A stretch of 64,000 nt of DNA from a virus (taxonomy: Duplodnaviria; Caudoviricetes): IMG/VR virus record IMGVR_UViG_3300010356_002264; one strand, given 5' to 3'. Position numbers and translations under genes: made by a program. Below are positions 34,465 through 44,374 of the stretch, in pieces (position 1 is the stretch's first letter; each line of letters starts with the position of its first letter). The notes under the pieces were generated by a model. The model was not told the DNA's origin. It was given only the letters and a program-made list of their open reading frames with translations, and did not search any database.

Positions 34465-34604
34465 CCCTTACTCCGTACGTGTTCGCCTATCATAGGCGGT
34501 CACATAGGGCGGTTGAGCTAGAACCCTGGTCGCATCGCGACCCAACCAGGACCTGAGGATCAAGGTCGAGTCCTGATCGTGTTAGATGCGACCTGGAGGA
34601 CCTC

Positions 34605-35120
34605 ATGGCCGATGCCTTTCAAACGACCCTTACCCTGACGCGACAGCCGGACGGGCTCTACGCGCTCCACGCGCTCACCACGACACCAGACAGCTGCCGC
34701 ATCGTGGACCCCGCAAGGCTGGGCGCGGTGTACGGGCAGCCCGTGCCGAGCGACGCCGTGGCCGTCATCCTGCCAACGCGCCGCGACCAGAACTGCACGA
34801 ACAGCAACCCAGGAACCATCCAGCACCGCCTTGTCAACCTGCGGCTGCCCCCAGGCAAGACCAAGGTGGTGGCCTTCCTAGTCATCAACCCAGGTTCGAC
34901 GCTCCTCACGACCGCCCTGGTGCAAGCGGGGGGAGGGGCCCCAACTCCAAACCCCGTGCCCACGCCTGTGCCCACGCCTGTGCCCACGCCTGTGCCCACG
35001 CCCCGACCGCGCGTCTCTCTGCCCTTTAACACCCCACCATGGGTCGTTGGAGGTTCGAGGACGGGAGGTCGAGTCCACCTCCCGTTCGAGATTCCGCCCT
35101 GGGTCGTGCTGTTCAGCTAG
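34605..35120 (+). CDS. hypothetical protein with (VPTP)4 repeats
   Basis: GGAGG SD; 12-bp repeats at 34956-35003. Confidence 0.65.
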   Translation: MADAFQTTLTLTRQPDGLYALHALTTTPDSCRIVDPARLGAVYGQPVPSDAVAVILPTRRDQNCTNSNPGTIQHRLVNLRLPPGKTKVVAFLVINPGSTLLTTALVQAGGGAPTPNPVPTPVPTPVPTPVPTPRPRVSLPFNTPPWVVGGSRTGGRVHLPFEIPPWVVLFS

Positions 35121-35995
35121 ACCCGTAGGGACCCAAAGGCTTCAACCCGCCCGTCGGAGTTGAGGTGAACCTCGACTTCGCGGATCTCGTTGTCTCCGCT
35201 CGCGTTGATCAGCGGGATTCCCGGTTCACAGTAGTCTGTGTCGGCAGTGAGGTCGTAGCTGCGGTGGACGTGGCCGCACAGGTGTGCGACCACGTTTGGT
35301 CGCCAGAGCTGGCGACCGGCGTGGCGCTCGTCCCACCCCATGAAGGTGTTCTTTCGATCGTAGCGCTCCGAGCTCCCGTACAGCACCATCTCGGGCACCG
35401 GAACCGTATGGGTCACGAGGATCGTGGGGGACTTGTCGTCCTCCTCCAGGTGGCGGAGGAGGGTGCGTCGACACTCCGCGTGGAGCGCGCCGGGGTGCAC
35501 TCCGACACCAACCTGCGCCCACCTGCGGGCCTCGTTGTCCATGTGGTCATGGGCGGTCTGCCCGCGCGACTGGTCCGTTGCGTGGAACAGGGTCCCATCG
35601 AACCCCGCGAAGTTTCCCACGAACCGGACCCCCTTGACCGTGAAGGGAGCCTTGTCAAGCAGGTTCGCTCCCACCTTGGAGCATGCGGCTGTCATGTGGT
35701 TCACAGCGTCCTGCATGAGGACGGGTTCGTTGGAGAAGACCGCGTCGAGGTCGTTGTTCCCCGCGACAAGCATGATGTGCTCGACCGAGGAAGCTGCCGT
35801 GAGGAGCGCATGGACCCCCTGGGCGAAGGTAGCACCCATGTCGGGCTCCACGAGGTCCCCTCCGTGGAGGAGGGCGTCGTAGCGGCCCGACATGCACAGG
35901 GACCGAAGGTCGTCGAGACGACTGAACCGGCTTCCCTTGCGCCCGAACAGGTGCCAGTCAGAGGTGAGGAGGAAGCGCAGCGTGGTTGGGCTCAT
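35117..35995 (-). CDS. calcineurin-like metallophosphoesterase
   Basis: SDWH, GGDLV, AGNND, VTHTVP, CGHVH. Confidence 0.88.
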   Translation of the reverse strand: MSPTTLRFLLTSDWHLFGRKGSRFSRLDDLRSLCMSGRYDALLHGGDLVEPDMGATFAQGVHALLTAASSVEHIMLVAGNNDLDAVFSNEPVLMQDAVNHMTAACSKVGANLLDKAPFTVKGVRFVGNFAGFDGTLFHATDQSRGQTAHDHMDNEARRWAQVGVGVHPGALHAECRRTLLRHLEEDDKSPTILVTHTVPVPEMVLYGSSERYDRKNTFMGWDERHAGRQLWRPNVVAHLCGHVHRSYDLTADTDYCEPGIPLINASGDNEIREVEVHLNSDGRVEAFGSLRV

Positions 35996-37182
35996 GCGTC
36001 CTCCACGATCTCGGCGTCGATGACCATGGGGCCTGAGTCGCCGCCGGCCGGGAGCAGCCTCCGGCTCTGGGGCGCGCGCAGGGGTCTGGCCGCGCCCAGC
36101 ACCGTGGACGCAGGGGCGAGCGAGGTGAGGACGGTGTCGACGTTGACCCGACCGTATGGATTGCCCGGCGTCAGGTGACGGCTCCTCAGGTCCGCGGTAA
36201 AGGCGTCGAACTTGCCCGCCGCGAGCGCCACGATCCCGATGATGACGTCGACGACGCGCCGTGCGTCGTCGAGGTCGACGACGCGCTCATTGCCGAGCAG
36301 CTTCTTCCACTTGTCGCGGGTCGCCTGAGTCGTGGGGTCCGACGGGTAGCTCCCGTAGGGCTTCTGGACGCACCAGACGGACCAGCCGCGAGTGCGGAGC
36401 GAGTCGACCACCTTGCGCAGCGGGGTGGGGGCCTGGAGGGTGATGCCGAGCCAGCGCATGGCGTGCTCCGGGTCGATGACCTCCGGGTACGGCTCGTCCG
36501 TCACGATGACGAACAGCTTCTGTCGGATGCTGTGAGGGAAGTTGAGCATCCGGTCCGCGTAGAGCAGGGCCATGTCGCTCGACTCGCAGTCGTTCCCTCC
36601 CCCGTCGCAGTCCTTGCGCATGTGGTGGAGGTACCCCTCGAGCTCGGGCCCCGAGCCGGGAGGAGCGACCTCGATGGTGTCGGACCGTCCATAGCGCCCA
36701 TTCACGGAGGCGTCCCCGAAGCCCACGAACTGGAGCTCCAAGATCTTGCGGCCGTCGATCATGGTGACAGGAGCCGAGTCGGGGGGGTCGTTGTCGACCG
36801 TCGGGTCATGCTTGTGGCCTGACTTTCCTCCGAGGAAGTCCAAGCTCTTCAGGAACAGGAACGCGAGCCGCTTGAACAGCTCCGGTCGCCACGGCCCCAC
36901 GGACCCCGTGGTGTCGATGGCAACCCCGAGGTAGTTCAGGGCCGAGATCGTATGGGGGCGTACAGTCAGGTCGACGGGAGGGTACGCGGGGCTGGGCGGC
37001 ACGGGGTCGGGGTCGACTCGTCGGGAGAAGGGGGCAGGCCCCACGGTACCCGGATCCGCAGACGGCATGGATCGGGTATATGAGGTTCCGGGGGAGTAGG
37101 CGCTGTGTGCGTCGCTGAAGGCGCTGGGGGCCGCGTCGTCGCGGTCGCGAGACTCTCCCCTCCATCCAAAGTTGCCACTCAT
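35992..37182 (-). CDS. vWA domain protein
   Basis: AIDTTGS MIDAS, GGGNDCES, VIVTDEP. Confidence 0.8.
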   Translation of the reverse strand: MSGNFGWRGESRDRDDAAPSAFSDAHSAYSPGTSYTRSMPSADPGTVGPAPFSRRVDPDPVPPSPAYPPVDLTVRPHTISALNYLGVAIDTTGSVGPWRPELFKRLAFLFLKSLDFLGGKSGHKHDPTVDNDPPDSAPVTMIDGRKILELQFVGFGDASVNGRYGRSDTIEVAPPGSGPELEGYLHHMRKDCDGGGNDCESSDMALLYADRMLNFPHSIRQKLFVIVTDEPYPEVIDPEHAMRWLGITLQAPTPLRKVVDSLRTRGWSVWCVQKPYGSYPSDPTTQATRDKWKKLLGNERVVDLDDARRVVDVIIGIVALAAGKFDAFTADLRSRHLTPGNPYGRVNVDTVLTSLAPASTVLGAARPLRAPQSRRLLPAGGDSGPMVIDAEIVEDA

Positions 37183-37289
37183 GGTGGTTCTCCTGTTTTC
37201 CTGTAGGTCTACACAGGGAGATAGGGAGCTCCAAAGGTGGAGCTGTGGTTCGACACCAGTTTCGGGGGTTTAGAGCGGAAGGAACCCTT

Positions 37290-37323
37290 CACAGGCCAAC
37301 CAGGGTCAACTGGTTGGCCTGTG
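37290..37323. repeat. perfect 14-bp inverted repeat between divergent genes
   Basis: CACAGGCCAACCAG-6 nt-CTGGTTGGCCTGTG. Confidence 0.75.
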
Positions 37324-37363
37324 ATTCATGGTGCGTTAGAACACTCATAGACCGGAGGCTAGC

Positions 37364-38101
37364 GTGCGCATTTTATCTACGAATCCCGCGATCGTCCCTC
37401 GGCATCGCTTGACTGAGACGGACTTTGCCACGACGCGCACGGAGATCCTTCAGATGCTCCGGCGTACCAACTACGACGTCATCCTCGTCACGGACCTACC
37501 CGAGACGCCAGCCGCTCGCGTACTCGACTGGGTGCGGGCCGCAGGATGGCGTATCCCTGCCATCCTCGTCGGAGACGTTGTTCCACAGGAGGCTGACGCG
37601 CTGGCCTGCTTGCATACGAAGGAGGCTACGACGGAGGTGCTGGAGTCCTACTTCCGCCAGGTACCGCGTAGCAGCGAGATGAGCGGCGAGTGGCCTCCTG
37701 GCAACGTGCAGGAACTCATCATCCTCACCAAGGACAGTGTGGCCGCCCAGACGCATATGGCCGCTGAGGTGTCCAACATGAGTCGTCAGATATCGGAGCT
37801 TCGCACCGGCCTGCGCGAGGACATCCGGGAGCTCGGGAGCAAGGTCGATGAGTTCCGTCACTACGCGGACAAGCAGCGGGACGCCATCGTGGCCAAGATC
37901 GGCGAGGGACCCCTGAGTCGCGTTCAGGAAGGACTCAAGTGGGTCGTGGAGCACCCCATCCTCGCGATGGCGGTGTTCCTTGCGATCCTGGTCCTCCTGG
38001 CGTCTGTCGTCGTGGGGATCAACGCCCTACAGCCGGGCAAGATGGAGATGATCAGGGACTGGTCCTCTGGGCACGGGGCCCAGAAGGCTGGCGGGCACTA
38101 G
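37364..38101 (+). CDS. degenerate receiver-like domain + coiled coil + TM protein
   Basis: YDVILVTDLP, IPAILV; C-terminal TM helix. Confidence 0.55.
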   Translation: MRILSTNPAIVPRHRLTETDFATTRTEILQMLRRTNYDVILVTDLPETPAARVLDWVRAAGWRIPAILVGDVVPQEADALACLHTKEATTEVLESYFRQVPRSSEMSGEWPPGNVQELIILTKDSVAAQTHMAAEVSNMSRQISELRTGLREDIRELGSKVDEFRHYADKQRDAIVAKIGEGPLSRVQEGLKWVVEHPILAMAVFLAILVLLASVVVGINALQPGKMEMIRDWSSGHGAQKAGGH

Positions 38102-40395
38102 GTCGGGGGCGGGGGCGGGGGCGGAGGTACGCTCCCGCCCGAAGAGGAACTGTCCTTGGGCGGTGGGACGGAACCTCCTGATGACTTCGCGTCATCCTTC
38201 TTCGCGTCCGCATCCTCGCTCTCGCTCTCGTTGATCTGGTCGCTCATGATCGTGTCCTCCGGAGTTTGGCGAACCTCGTCGAGCAGGACCTCCACGCGCT
38301 CGATCTCTGACATGACGAGGTCCAGGGCCCGCATCGCGCTGACCCAGTTCTTGTGAACGAGCGCACCGCCCGCGGCGGCGAGGTCGCGCTTGATGACCTG
38401 CACTCGCAGGTAGGCGAGCAGCAGGTGGCTATCCTTCGAGGGAACCTCGCGAAGCGAGCTCCCCTGAGTGGAGCTGGGAAGGCGCAAGAGGATGGCCGTG
38501 AGGCGTCGCTCCGCCTCTCCGTACACACTATGGGCGTCACGCGTCGCGTGGAGCACCACCCCGTGCTGCGCGATCGCCTTCTCGTAGAGACCGACCGTCT
38601 CGTTGGCCTTTACCTCGACGGGAGACGCGGAAGTCGCGTCGATGGGGGCTTCGATGAGGCGAAGGAGCTCCTCCTCCGCGTGCTGCGCGAGGACAAGCGT
38701 GTTGCGAGGGTTGTCGGCAGGGTCGATCGTGAGGTCGGCCGGCAGGGTCAGGTCCGCGACGCGGACGTTGATGACCCTCGTGATGGTCCTGGCGATCCGG
38801 TCGATGACGGCCGCGCACGCAGCATGTCGCCGCTCGTAGTCCCGGATCATGTGCATCGCGGCGACTGGGTTCTTGTAGGCCAGCGTCTCCGCTTCCAGGA
38901 AGAACTGCGGGCCCTCCGCGAGGAAGGGGTGCTGCGAGAGCCACACCATGGGTACGTGCATCGTCTCGGTTCGACGCGACAGAGCCTCGAACTCAAGCCC
39001 AGAGCGGTGGACCTGGATGCAGGTCATGACCGAGTGGATAGCGGACTCGACGTCGGCAACACACTTGTTTGCCTCGTCATACAGCCTCGACACCTCCGCC
39101 TCTGCGTGCTCCAGGCTGAAGAAGCGCGTGCGCGTCGCCGAGCCAAACACGTGAGCGTCGTGCAGGCTCACCGACTCAGCCATGTCCACGCGGTACGTCG
39201 CGCGCAGCCTACGACCGAGGTCTGACCCGGGGCAGGACCCCGTGATGAGGGCTACGACCTTCGCGGTACGCCCTGCCAGGGGCGCGCAGGTGTGAAGGTG
39301 GGCGGACGCGGCCTTGACGTGTCGATCGGCCTGGTCGGCCTGCTTGCACGCCTCCGCGACCTGGTCATGGGCGCTCGTGGCGGTCAAGGGGAGCTGGCTG
39401 CGTACCCTCTCGATCCGTTCCTTGAGCTCCCGGACCGCCGCCGCCGCGCGGCTGAACCGCGTCTGGTAGTGGTCGAAGTCTCGAACCGACGGGTCCATCG
39501 CCTCGTTCATCGTCCCCAGACGGCGACGAGCGCGGTACCAGAGAAACACGAGGAACAGGAAAAGAGCCGCTCCGAGGGCGGACGCTGCGGCCCATCGGAA
39601 CGTCTGGACGCGGCGTCGCTCCTCCTGGAGACGGACCCACAGGCGAACCTGCGACTCCACGAGGCTCTGAGCGTCTCGCATCAGGCGAGTGGATCCTGCG
39701 GTGCGTGCACTGACGGCCTGGTCCGCCGTCGCGTCGAGCATGTTGCGCTCCTCCCGACTCGCTGCGGGGTCCTGCGCGAGGAGCCTCAGCAGGGAGATCG
39801 CGCTGTCGAGGTCGGCCTCCGCGCGCGCACGGTCCAACGTCTCACGCGCCGTTGCCTCCTGCTCCGCCTCAGAGATCGCCCGTAGCGCCTGCTGCATCCC
39901 GTAGACAGGGTCGACGGGACGCTTGGAGGTCGCACGCTCGAACAGGTCGCCGGCGCCCGCGCTGGCCGGCGTCACACCAGCCGCCCGCACGGCCGCTCCG
40001 ACGCCGATCGCGTAGTCGCACCTCGAGTGCTCGGGCCTCCGCACGGAGACGGAGCAGTCGTCCGACCACAGCAGCAGCATCACGGAGTGACGGTCGGGGA
40101 GCCCCTGCTGGAGCCAGGTGTCGATGAGGTCGTCGAGCGCTCGGACGGCGGGGATCCCCGCCGCGACCCCCTCCCCTCGCGCCACGATGACGTAGCTCGG
40201 TATGGACATCTTCCCCAGGGTTTCACCCAGCTTGGCGAGCCCGGCGGGGCTCATCGAGCTCGGGTGCCAGGTGTGGGGAAGGACGTACACGTGCTGGTCG
40301 GGCTGGAATCGAACCTCGACGGCCGGCGCAGCGCGGGCTGCGAGGGGTAGGCACAACCAGATCGCCAGAGCCAAAACTGTAACCCGCATGAGCAC
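38098..40395 (-). CDS. signal peptide + TM + long helical domain protein
   Basis: 765-aa ORF, AxA signal peptide, TM helix, Pro-rich tail. Confidence 0.75.
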   Translation of the reverse strand: MLMRVTVLALAIWLCLPLAARAAPAVEVRFQPDQHVYVLPHTWHPSSMSPAGLAKLGETLGKMSIPSYVIVARGEGVAAGIPAVRALDDLIDTWLQQGLPDRHSVMLLLWSDDCSVSVRRPEHSRCDYAIGVGAAVRAAGVTPASAGAGDLFERATSKRPVDPVYGMQQALRAISEAEQEATARETLDRARAEADLDSAISLLRLLAQDPAASREERNMLDATADQAVSARTAGSTRLMRDAQSLVESQVRLWVRLQEERRRVQTFRWAAASALGAALFLFLVFLWYRARRRLGTMNEAMDPSVRDFDHYQTRFSRAAAAVRELKERIERVRSQLPLTATSAHDQVAEACKQADQADRHVKAASAHLHTCAPLAGRTAKVVALITGSCPGSDLGRRLRATYRVDMAESVSLHDAHVFGSATRTRFFSLEHAEAEVSRLYDEANKCVADVESAIHSVMTCIQVHRSGLEFEALSRRTETMHVPMVWLSQHPFLAEGPQFFLEAETLAYKNPVAAMHMIRDYERRHAACAAVIDRIARTITRVINVRVADLTLPADLTIDPADNPRNTLVLAQHAEEELLRLIEAPIDATSASPVEVKANETVGLYEKAIAQHGVVLHATRDAHSVYGEAERRLTAILLRLPSSTQGSSLREVPSKDSHLLLAYLRVQVIKRDLAAAGGALVHKNWVSAMRALDLVMSEIERVEVLLDEVRQTPEDTIMSDQINESESEDADAKKDDAKSSGGSVPPPKDSSSSGGSVPPPPPPPPT

Positions 40396-40450
40396 ACTCC
40401 CTTTGCCGGTCGGTTCTAGGGACCCGACCAGGGTAATCTATCCTGCCCCT

Positions 40451-41230
40451 ATGCAAGATAAGCAATCAACTATGGACCTCACCCTCGATTCTGTAGCCTC
40501 TGTAGCTTCTACAGGTAAGTCGAGCTTCGGGGAGGTATCGGATCAGATCCGAGCGGCTGTGACCTCCTGCGCGGCCTGCTCCCTGCGGTCAGGCTGCCGC
40601 GCTCCGGTCCCGTTTGACGGCCCGCTGGACGCGCCCCTTGGGGTGTTCGGGGAGGCTCCTGGTGGGGTGGAGGACGCGGAGGGGCTGCCGTTTCAGGGTC
40701 CGTCCGGCCTGCTGCTCAACCGGACGCTGGTCGCCCTGGGCTGGGCGCGGAGCCGCTGCTACGTGTCGAACGTGGTGAAGTGTCGGCCACCAGGCAACGA
40801 GAAGCCCAAGCGTCCGTTCGTCGCGAGCTGTCGACCTCACCTGGAGGCGGAGCTCGCGGCGGGACGGTTCAGGGCGATCCTGGCCCTGGGCTCCACGGCC
40901 CTGTCCGCCCTGACGGGCGAGCACGGGGCCGTGTCCGCCTTCATCCCCCGCGAGGACCTACGGGTCACGGTCGGGGGGCGGGAGGTGCCGATCGTGGCCT
41001 GCTACCACCCCTCCTACATCCTGCGCAAGCGGAGCGAGGGGGCTGACGCCTACGAGGTTGCCATGCGGGTCTTCGCGAGTCAGCTGCGGCGGGCGATTCG
41101 CCTGGCGTCCGAGGACGTCGTCGAGCATCCCGAGCGCGATCCCGAGGTCTCCCCAGAAGGAGAGCAGGGTCTCGCGCAGGGCGATGAGGTCAGTGGACGG
41201 GATGTTGAGGGTGATCCTGTCGCCCTGTAG
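40451..41230 (+). CDS. udg: uracil-DNA glycosylase family 4
   Basis: CAACSL, GEAPG, PFQGPSG, NVVKCRPP, YHPSY. Confidence 0.92.
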   Translation: MQDKQSTMDLTLDSVASVASTGKSSFGEVSDQIRAAVTSCAACSLRSGCRAPVPFDGPLDAPLGVFGEAPGGVEDAEGLPFQGPSGLLLNRTLVALGWARSRCYVSNVVKCRPPGNEKPKRPFVASCRPHLEAELAAGRFRAILALGSTALSALTGEHGAVSAFIPREDLRVTVGGREVPIVACYHPSYILRKRSEGADAYEVAMRVFASQLRRAIRLASEDVVEHPERDPEVSPEGEQGLAQGDEVSGRDVEGDPVAL

Positions 41231-41416
41231 GTCCACGGTCCCCTGGACGTAGTCGCGGCGCCCTCCGACCGCCACCTCCACCTCGATGTGCCCCGAGGGG
41301 GAGCTGGCGCGGTACACGACCTGGTCTCCAAGGCGACTCTTCCGCACGCGCACCTCCGTGCCGGGGAAGGCCCTCGCGATCTGCTCCTTGATCTCCTTGG
41401 GACTCATGGGGCTCAT
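40958..41416 (-). CDS. hypothetical protein (overlaps the UDG 3' end)
   Basis: ATGA coupling to the upstream gene. Confidence 0.45.
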   Translation of the reverse strand: MSPMSPKEIKEQIARAFPGTEVRVRKSRLGDQVVYRASSPSGHIEVEVAVGGRRDYVQGTVDLQGDRITLNIPSTDLIALRETLLSFWGDLGIALGMLDDVLGRQANRPPQLTREDPHGNLVGVSPLAPLAQDVGGVVAGHDRHLPPPDRDP

Positions 41417-42441
41417 AGGGCGAAGGGGGGCAGGTGGATGGTGTCCCGCAGGGGGCGCTTGTCGGGCTTGATCTTGCTGTCCGACCATACCAACCGAAAG
41501 CGGTATGGTTTCTCGACGAAGAACATGTGGGAGATGACGGGCGTGGTGTCCACCTGGCAAATGGTCTTGATGGCGAGGTCTACCTGGTCCGGAACCTCGG
41601 CGAACAGCACATGGTACAGCGGGATGCGCTCCTCGTCCTCGGTCCCGATGACCTCACGCAGGTGGGCGTCGAAGCGGCTCGTCCCGACGGTGTCCCGCAG
41701 CGACACGACCACGAACTGCGGGTCCCGAGCGAAGATCCCAAGGTCGCTGGTCGCGTGGTCTGGCTGGACGCGGATCGTGTCGATCGCTGCCTGGGGCAGT
41801 CCGGCTCGACGCATCGCACCCACCAGGCGCGGCGCGTCCGCTTCGGTGACGTAGTAGAGGGGGTTTCGGGTCGGCACGCTCCTCGTCTGGTTCCCCACGA
41901 TGAGGTTGGCGGTGAGGTTGAAGGCCGCCTCATGGTCTCGATGCAGGAAGACCACGACGCTCCCGCACGGGAACACGCGGTGGTCCTGCACGAGCTCCGT
42001 CGCGGACTCGTAGAACAAGGGGGCTTTACGTACCTCCCACCCTGAAGCGTCGACGGGGTGCTTGAGCAGGCGCGCCTCGGAGGGGATGAGGATCGCGGGG
42101 CTCGTCGGGGGGCCGAGCTCGATGGGGATCTCGACCCCGAACCCCTTGAGCACCTCGCCGACTTCCTGGAGCAGGCGGCTCGCGCAGTCCGCGACCCAAC
42201 GGGTCGCCTCCTTGGCCGGGAACGGGGAACCCAGCTTGTGGGACACGGCCAGCAGGCTCTCCCCCGAGAGCCCCCTGCACAGCTCCACCTGCACGCGCTC
42301 CCCGTCGCTCGTGGCGCACAACCCGACGCCCGAGGAGAAGGGGAGCCAGTACACGCCCTGCTCGACTCGCCACTCGGCGATGTCGGGCATCACGGCGCTC
42401 AGCGCCGATCGGTACCAGTCCAGCACGGTCTGCAAGTCCAT
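41413..42441 (-). CDS. hypothetical protein
   Basis: Promoter motif 30 nt upstream. Confidence 0.7.
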   Translation of the reverse strand: MDLQTVLDWYRSALSAVMPDIAEWRVEQGVYWLPFSSGVGLCATSDGERVQVELCRGLSGESLLAVSHKLGSPFPAKEATRWVADCASRLLQEVGEVLKGFGVEIPIELGPPTSPAILIPSEARLLKHPVDASGWEVRKAPLFYESATELVQDHRVFPCGSVVVFLHRDHEAAFNLTANLIVGNQTRSVPTRNPLYYVTEADAPRLVGAMRRAGLPQAAIDTIRVQPDHATSDLGIFARDPQFVVVSLRDTVGTSRFDAHLREVIGTEDEERIPLYHVLFAEVPDQVDLAIKTICQVDTTPVISHMFFVEKPYRFRLVWSDSKIKPDKRPLRDTIHLPPFAL

Positions 42442-42470
42442 GCGGTAGGACCACTCGGTGACGACCCGCA

Positions 42471-42478
42471 GGAGCTGA
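42471..42478 (-). promoter_or_regulatory. TCAGCTCC motif for ATG 42441
   Basis: 30-nt offset. Confidence 0.75.
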
Positions 42479-42517
42479 GACGGTCTGGATCAGGTCGTCT
42501 CCGGGTAAGAAGGTATC

Positions 42518-43291
42518 GTGGCGATCCTTTACTGTCGGGCACGAGATGGGGGCTACCGCGTTGACGTCGAGGGGGACAGGTACCTCCTCCACGCTCCGGG
42601 GGGCCCGTTCGTATACACGAGCCGGCGCGCGCTCATCGCGCACGTTACGGGGCACCCCAGGGGGAGGAACTGGACGTTGTCCCGCTACTTCCGGCTGGAG
42701 GACCCGTCCCTCACGGGGGACGACGACCCGTGGGCGCTGCTCGGGGAACCCCCTCCCCGGCCGCGCGCGCCGGGGATCAACCTCGTCGACAAGCACCTCG
42801 ACGTGCGCCGGATCTTCTTCCACGGCTTCCACCCGCAGCTCGCGCAGGGGCGCACGAGTGCCGTCGACCCCGAGGACTCGCTGCAAGATCTCTACGTGGC
42901 GATCCTGTCGCGCAACCGGCTCACGGGCGGCTTCGACCCGAAGCGGTCCACGATGAGTCACTACGTACACCTGGTGTCCCGTACGGTGCTCTACCAAAAC
43001 CGGCGCAAGCAGAATCGCTGGAACCGCGAAGTGTTATCCACCGACGAGAGAAATCCGCAGGAGGAAGTCGCTTCTTCAGCTCCTTCGGCGCTGGACACCT
43101 CGATCGTAGAGGGTCTGGTCCACTTCCTCAAGAACGGGGAGGGGGACGAAGTAGCTCGCGCGGCTGAGCTTCTCGCTCAGGGATGCACGGAGAAGGAGGT
43201 AGCCTCCAAGCTGGGGCTGTCCTCTGGCGACACCAAGCGCCTCGTACTCCGAGTCAGGGAGCGTGCCCGCGAGTGGCTAGAAACCCGATGA
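42518..43291 (+). CDS. sigma70-family (ECF-like) sigma factor with an N-terminal extension
   Basis: Region 2-like DPEDSLQDLYVAIL..FDPKRSTMSHYV; region 4 HTH GCTEKEVASKLGLS. Confidence 0.75.
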   Translation: MAILYCRARDGGYRVDVEGDRYLLHAPGGPFVYTSRRALIAHVTGHPRGRNWTLSRYFRLEDPSLTGDDDPWALLGEPPPRPRAPGINLVDKHLDVRRIFFHGFHPQLAQGRTSAVDPEDSLQDLYVAILSRNRLTGGFDPKRSTMSHYVHLVSRTVLYQNRRKQNRWNREVLSTDERNPQEEVASSAPSALDTSIVEGLVHFLKNGEGDEVARAAELLAQGCTEKEVASKLGLSSGDTKRLVLRVRERAREWLETR

Positions 43292-43300
43292 GGTGACGCT

Positions 43301-44287
43301 ATGACTCGCTCGGTCGTCCTGTACGTGCTCGTTTCGTTCCTGCTGGCCTGCTCTCGCGGTGGAGCCCCCGACACGACCGAGGCCGAACCCGAGACCACCG
43401 CCCCCGCCCCGGTCGGGGACAGCATGTACTTCCGCGTCGAGACCGCTCCGTCCCTGCCCTGCCGCCCCCTGCAAGTTCTCGGGTGCGACCTCGACGGGGA
43501 CGTGAACGAGGAGACCATCGTGGTGTGCGACGACGGAACCTCCTCGATCCTCTCGGGAACGAGTGAGCGGAAGGTGCGGGGCCGGGTCCTCGCGTGCGCC
43601 GACGTGGAGGGGAACCTGAAGAACGCCCTCGTGGTCCTGTCCGAGGGTTGGCTTCAGGCAGGCCCCTACAGCATCGCGGCCCTTGTGGGCGACGGCGTGC
43701 GCGCGGCGCGGATCGACGCGGACGGCGACGCCGCCTACGAGGTCGTGCTGTGGGGCTTCGGGGCGCACCCCTTCCGGTGGTCGCCCAAGGGGAACGACCT
43801 CAAGGAGATCGCGTGGGCCGCCAGCGACTGCGTGGGGGACGGGGTGGACGTGGCGTGCGCGAGCGACGCCGACCCGCAGACGTGGAAGACCCTCTCGTCC
43901 TCGTGGGGAGAGAAGGACGTGGTGTCGAGTCAGGTGGACTTCACCCCGCTGGCCCTCCTCGACGTGAACCGTGACGGGGCGCTGGACCTCGCGGGATCGA
44001 TGGGGTCAAACTTCGCGTGGGCCGGTGGCGGCAAGCGCGGGACATGGACGGCCAAGGGGTCTTGCCTGCTCGGGCTCCAGTCCGGCGTTCTGGTGGCCCC
44101 GACCGCCAAGGGTGGGTGGGGCTTGCTCCCCCAGAAGGCGGACCCGCTCCCGACGTGGGGTAGCCCGCTCGCGGACGACCCGATCGGGGCCGTCATCCTC
44201 ACGCAGGGTGTTCCGCACGCGCTCGTAGCCGACCCGGTGACGTTGCGCGCGTGGTCCGTGTCGATCCTGCCGCGACCCATCCCTTGA
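43301..44287 (+). CDS. lipoprotein with FG-GAP/VCBS-like repeats
   Basis: LLAC lipobox; DLDGD, DADGD, DVNRDGALDL. Confidence 0.7.
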   Translation: MTRSVVLYVLVSFLLACSRGGAPDTTEAEPETTAPAPVGDSMYFRVETAPSLPCRPLQVLGCDLDGDVNEETIVVCDDGTSSILSGTSERKVRGRVLACADVEGNLKNALVVLSEGWLQAGPYSIAALVGDGVRAARIDADGDAAYEVVLWGFGAHPFRWSPKGNDLKEIAWAASDCVGDGVDVACASDADPQTWKTLSSSWGEKDVVSSQVDFTPLALLDVNRDGALDLAGSMGSNFAWAGGGKRGTWTAKGSCLLGLQSGVLVAPTAKGGWGLLPQKADPLPTWGSPLADDPIGAVILTQGVPHALVADPVTLRAWSVSILPRPIP

Positions 44288-44374
44288 GGGTGAGGAGCGC
44301 GGCGGGCTGGTTTCGGCGCGTCCTGACCCACTAGCGGGGTGATACATCGGGACCCTCTCAGGAGAGGAGTCCCG

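Noticed and set aside
34465-34500. CGCCTATCATAGGCG palindrome as a late-promoter consensus
   Set aside because: I could not find consistently spaced copies upstream of other genes in the window.
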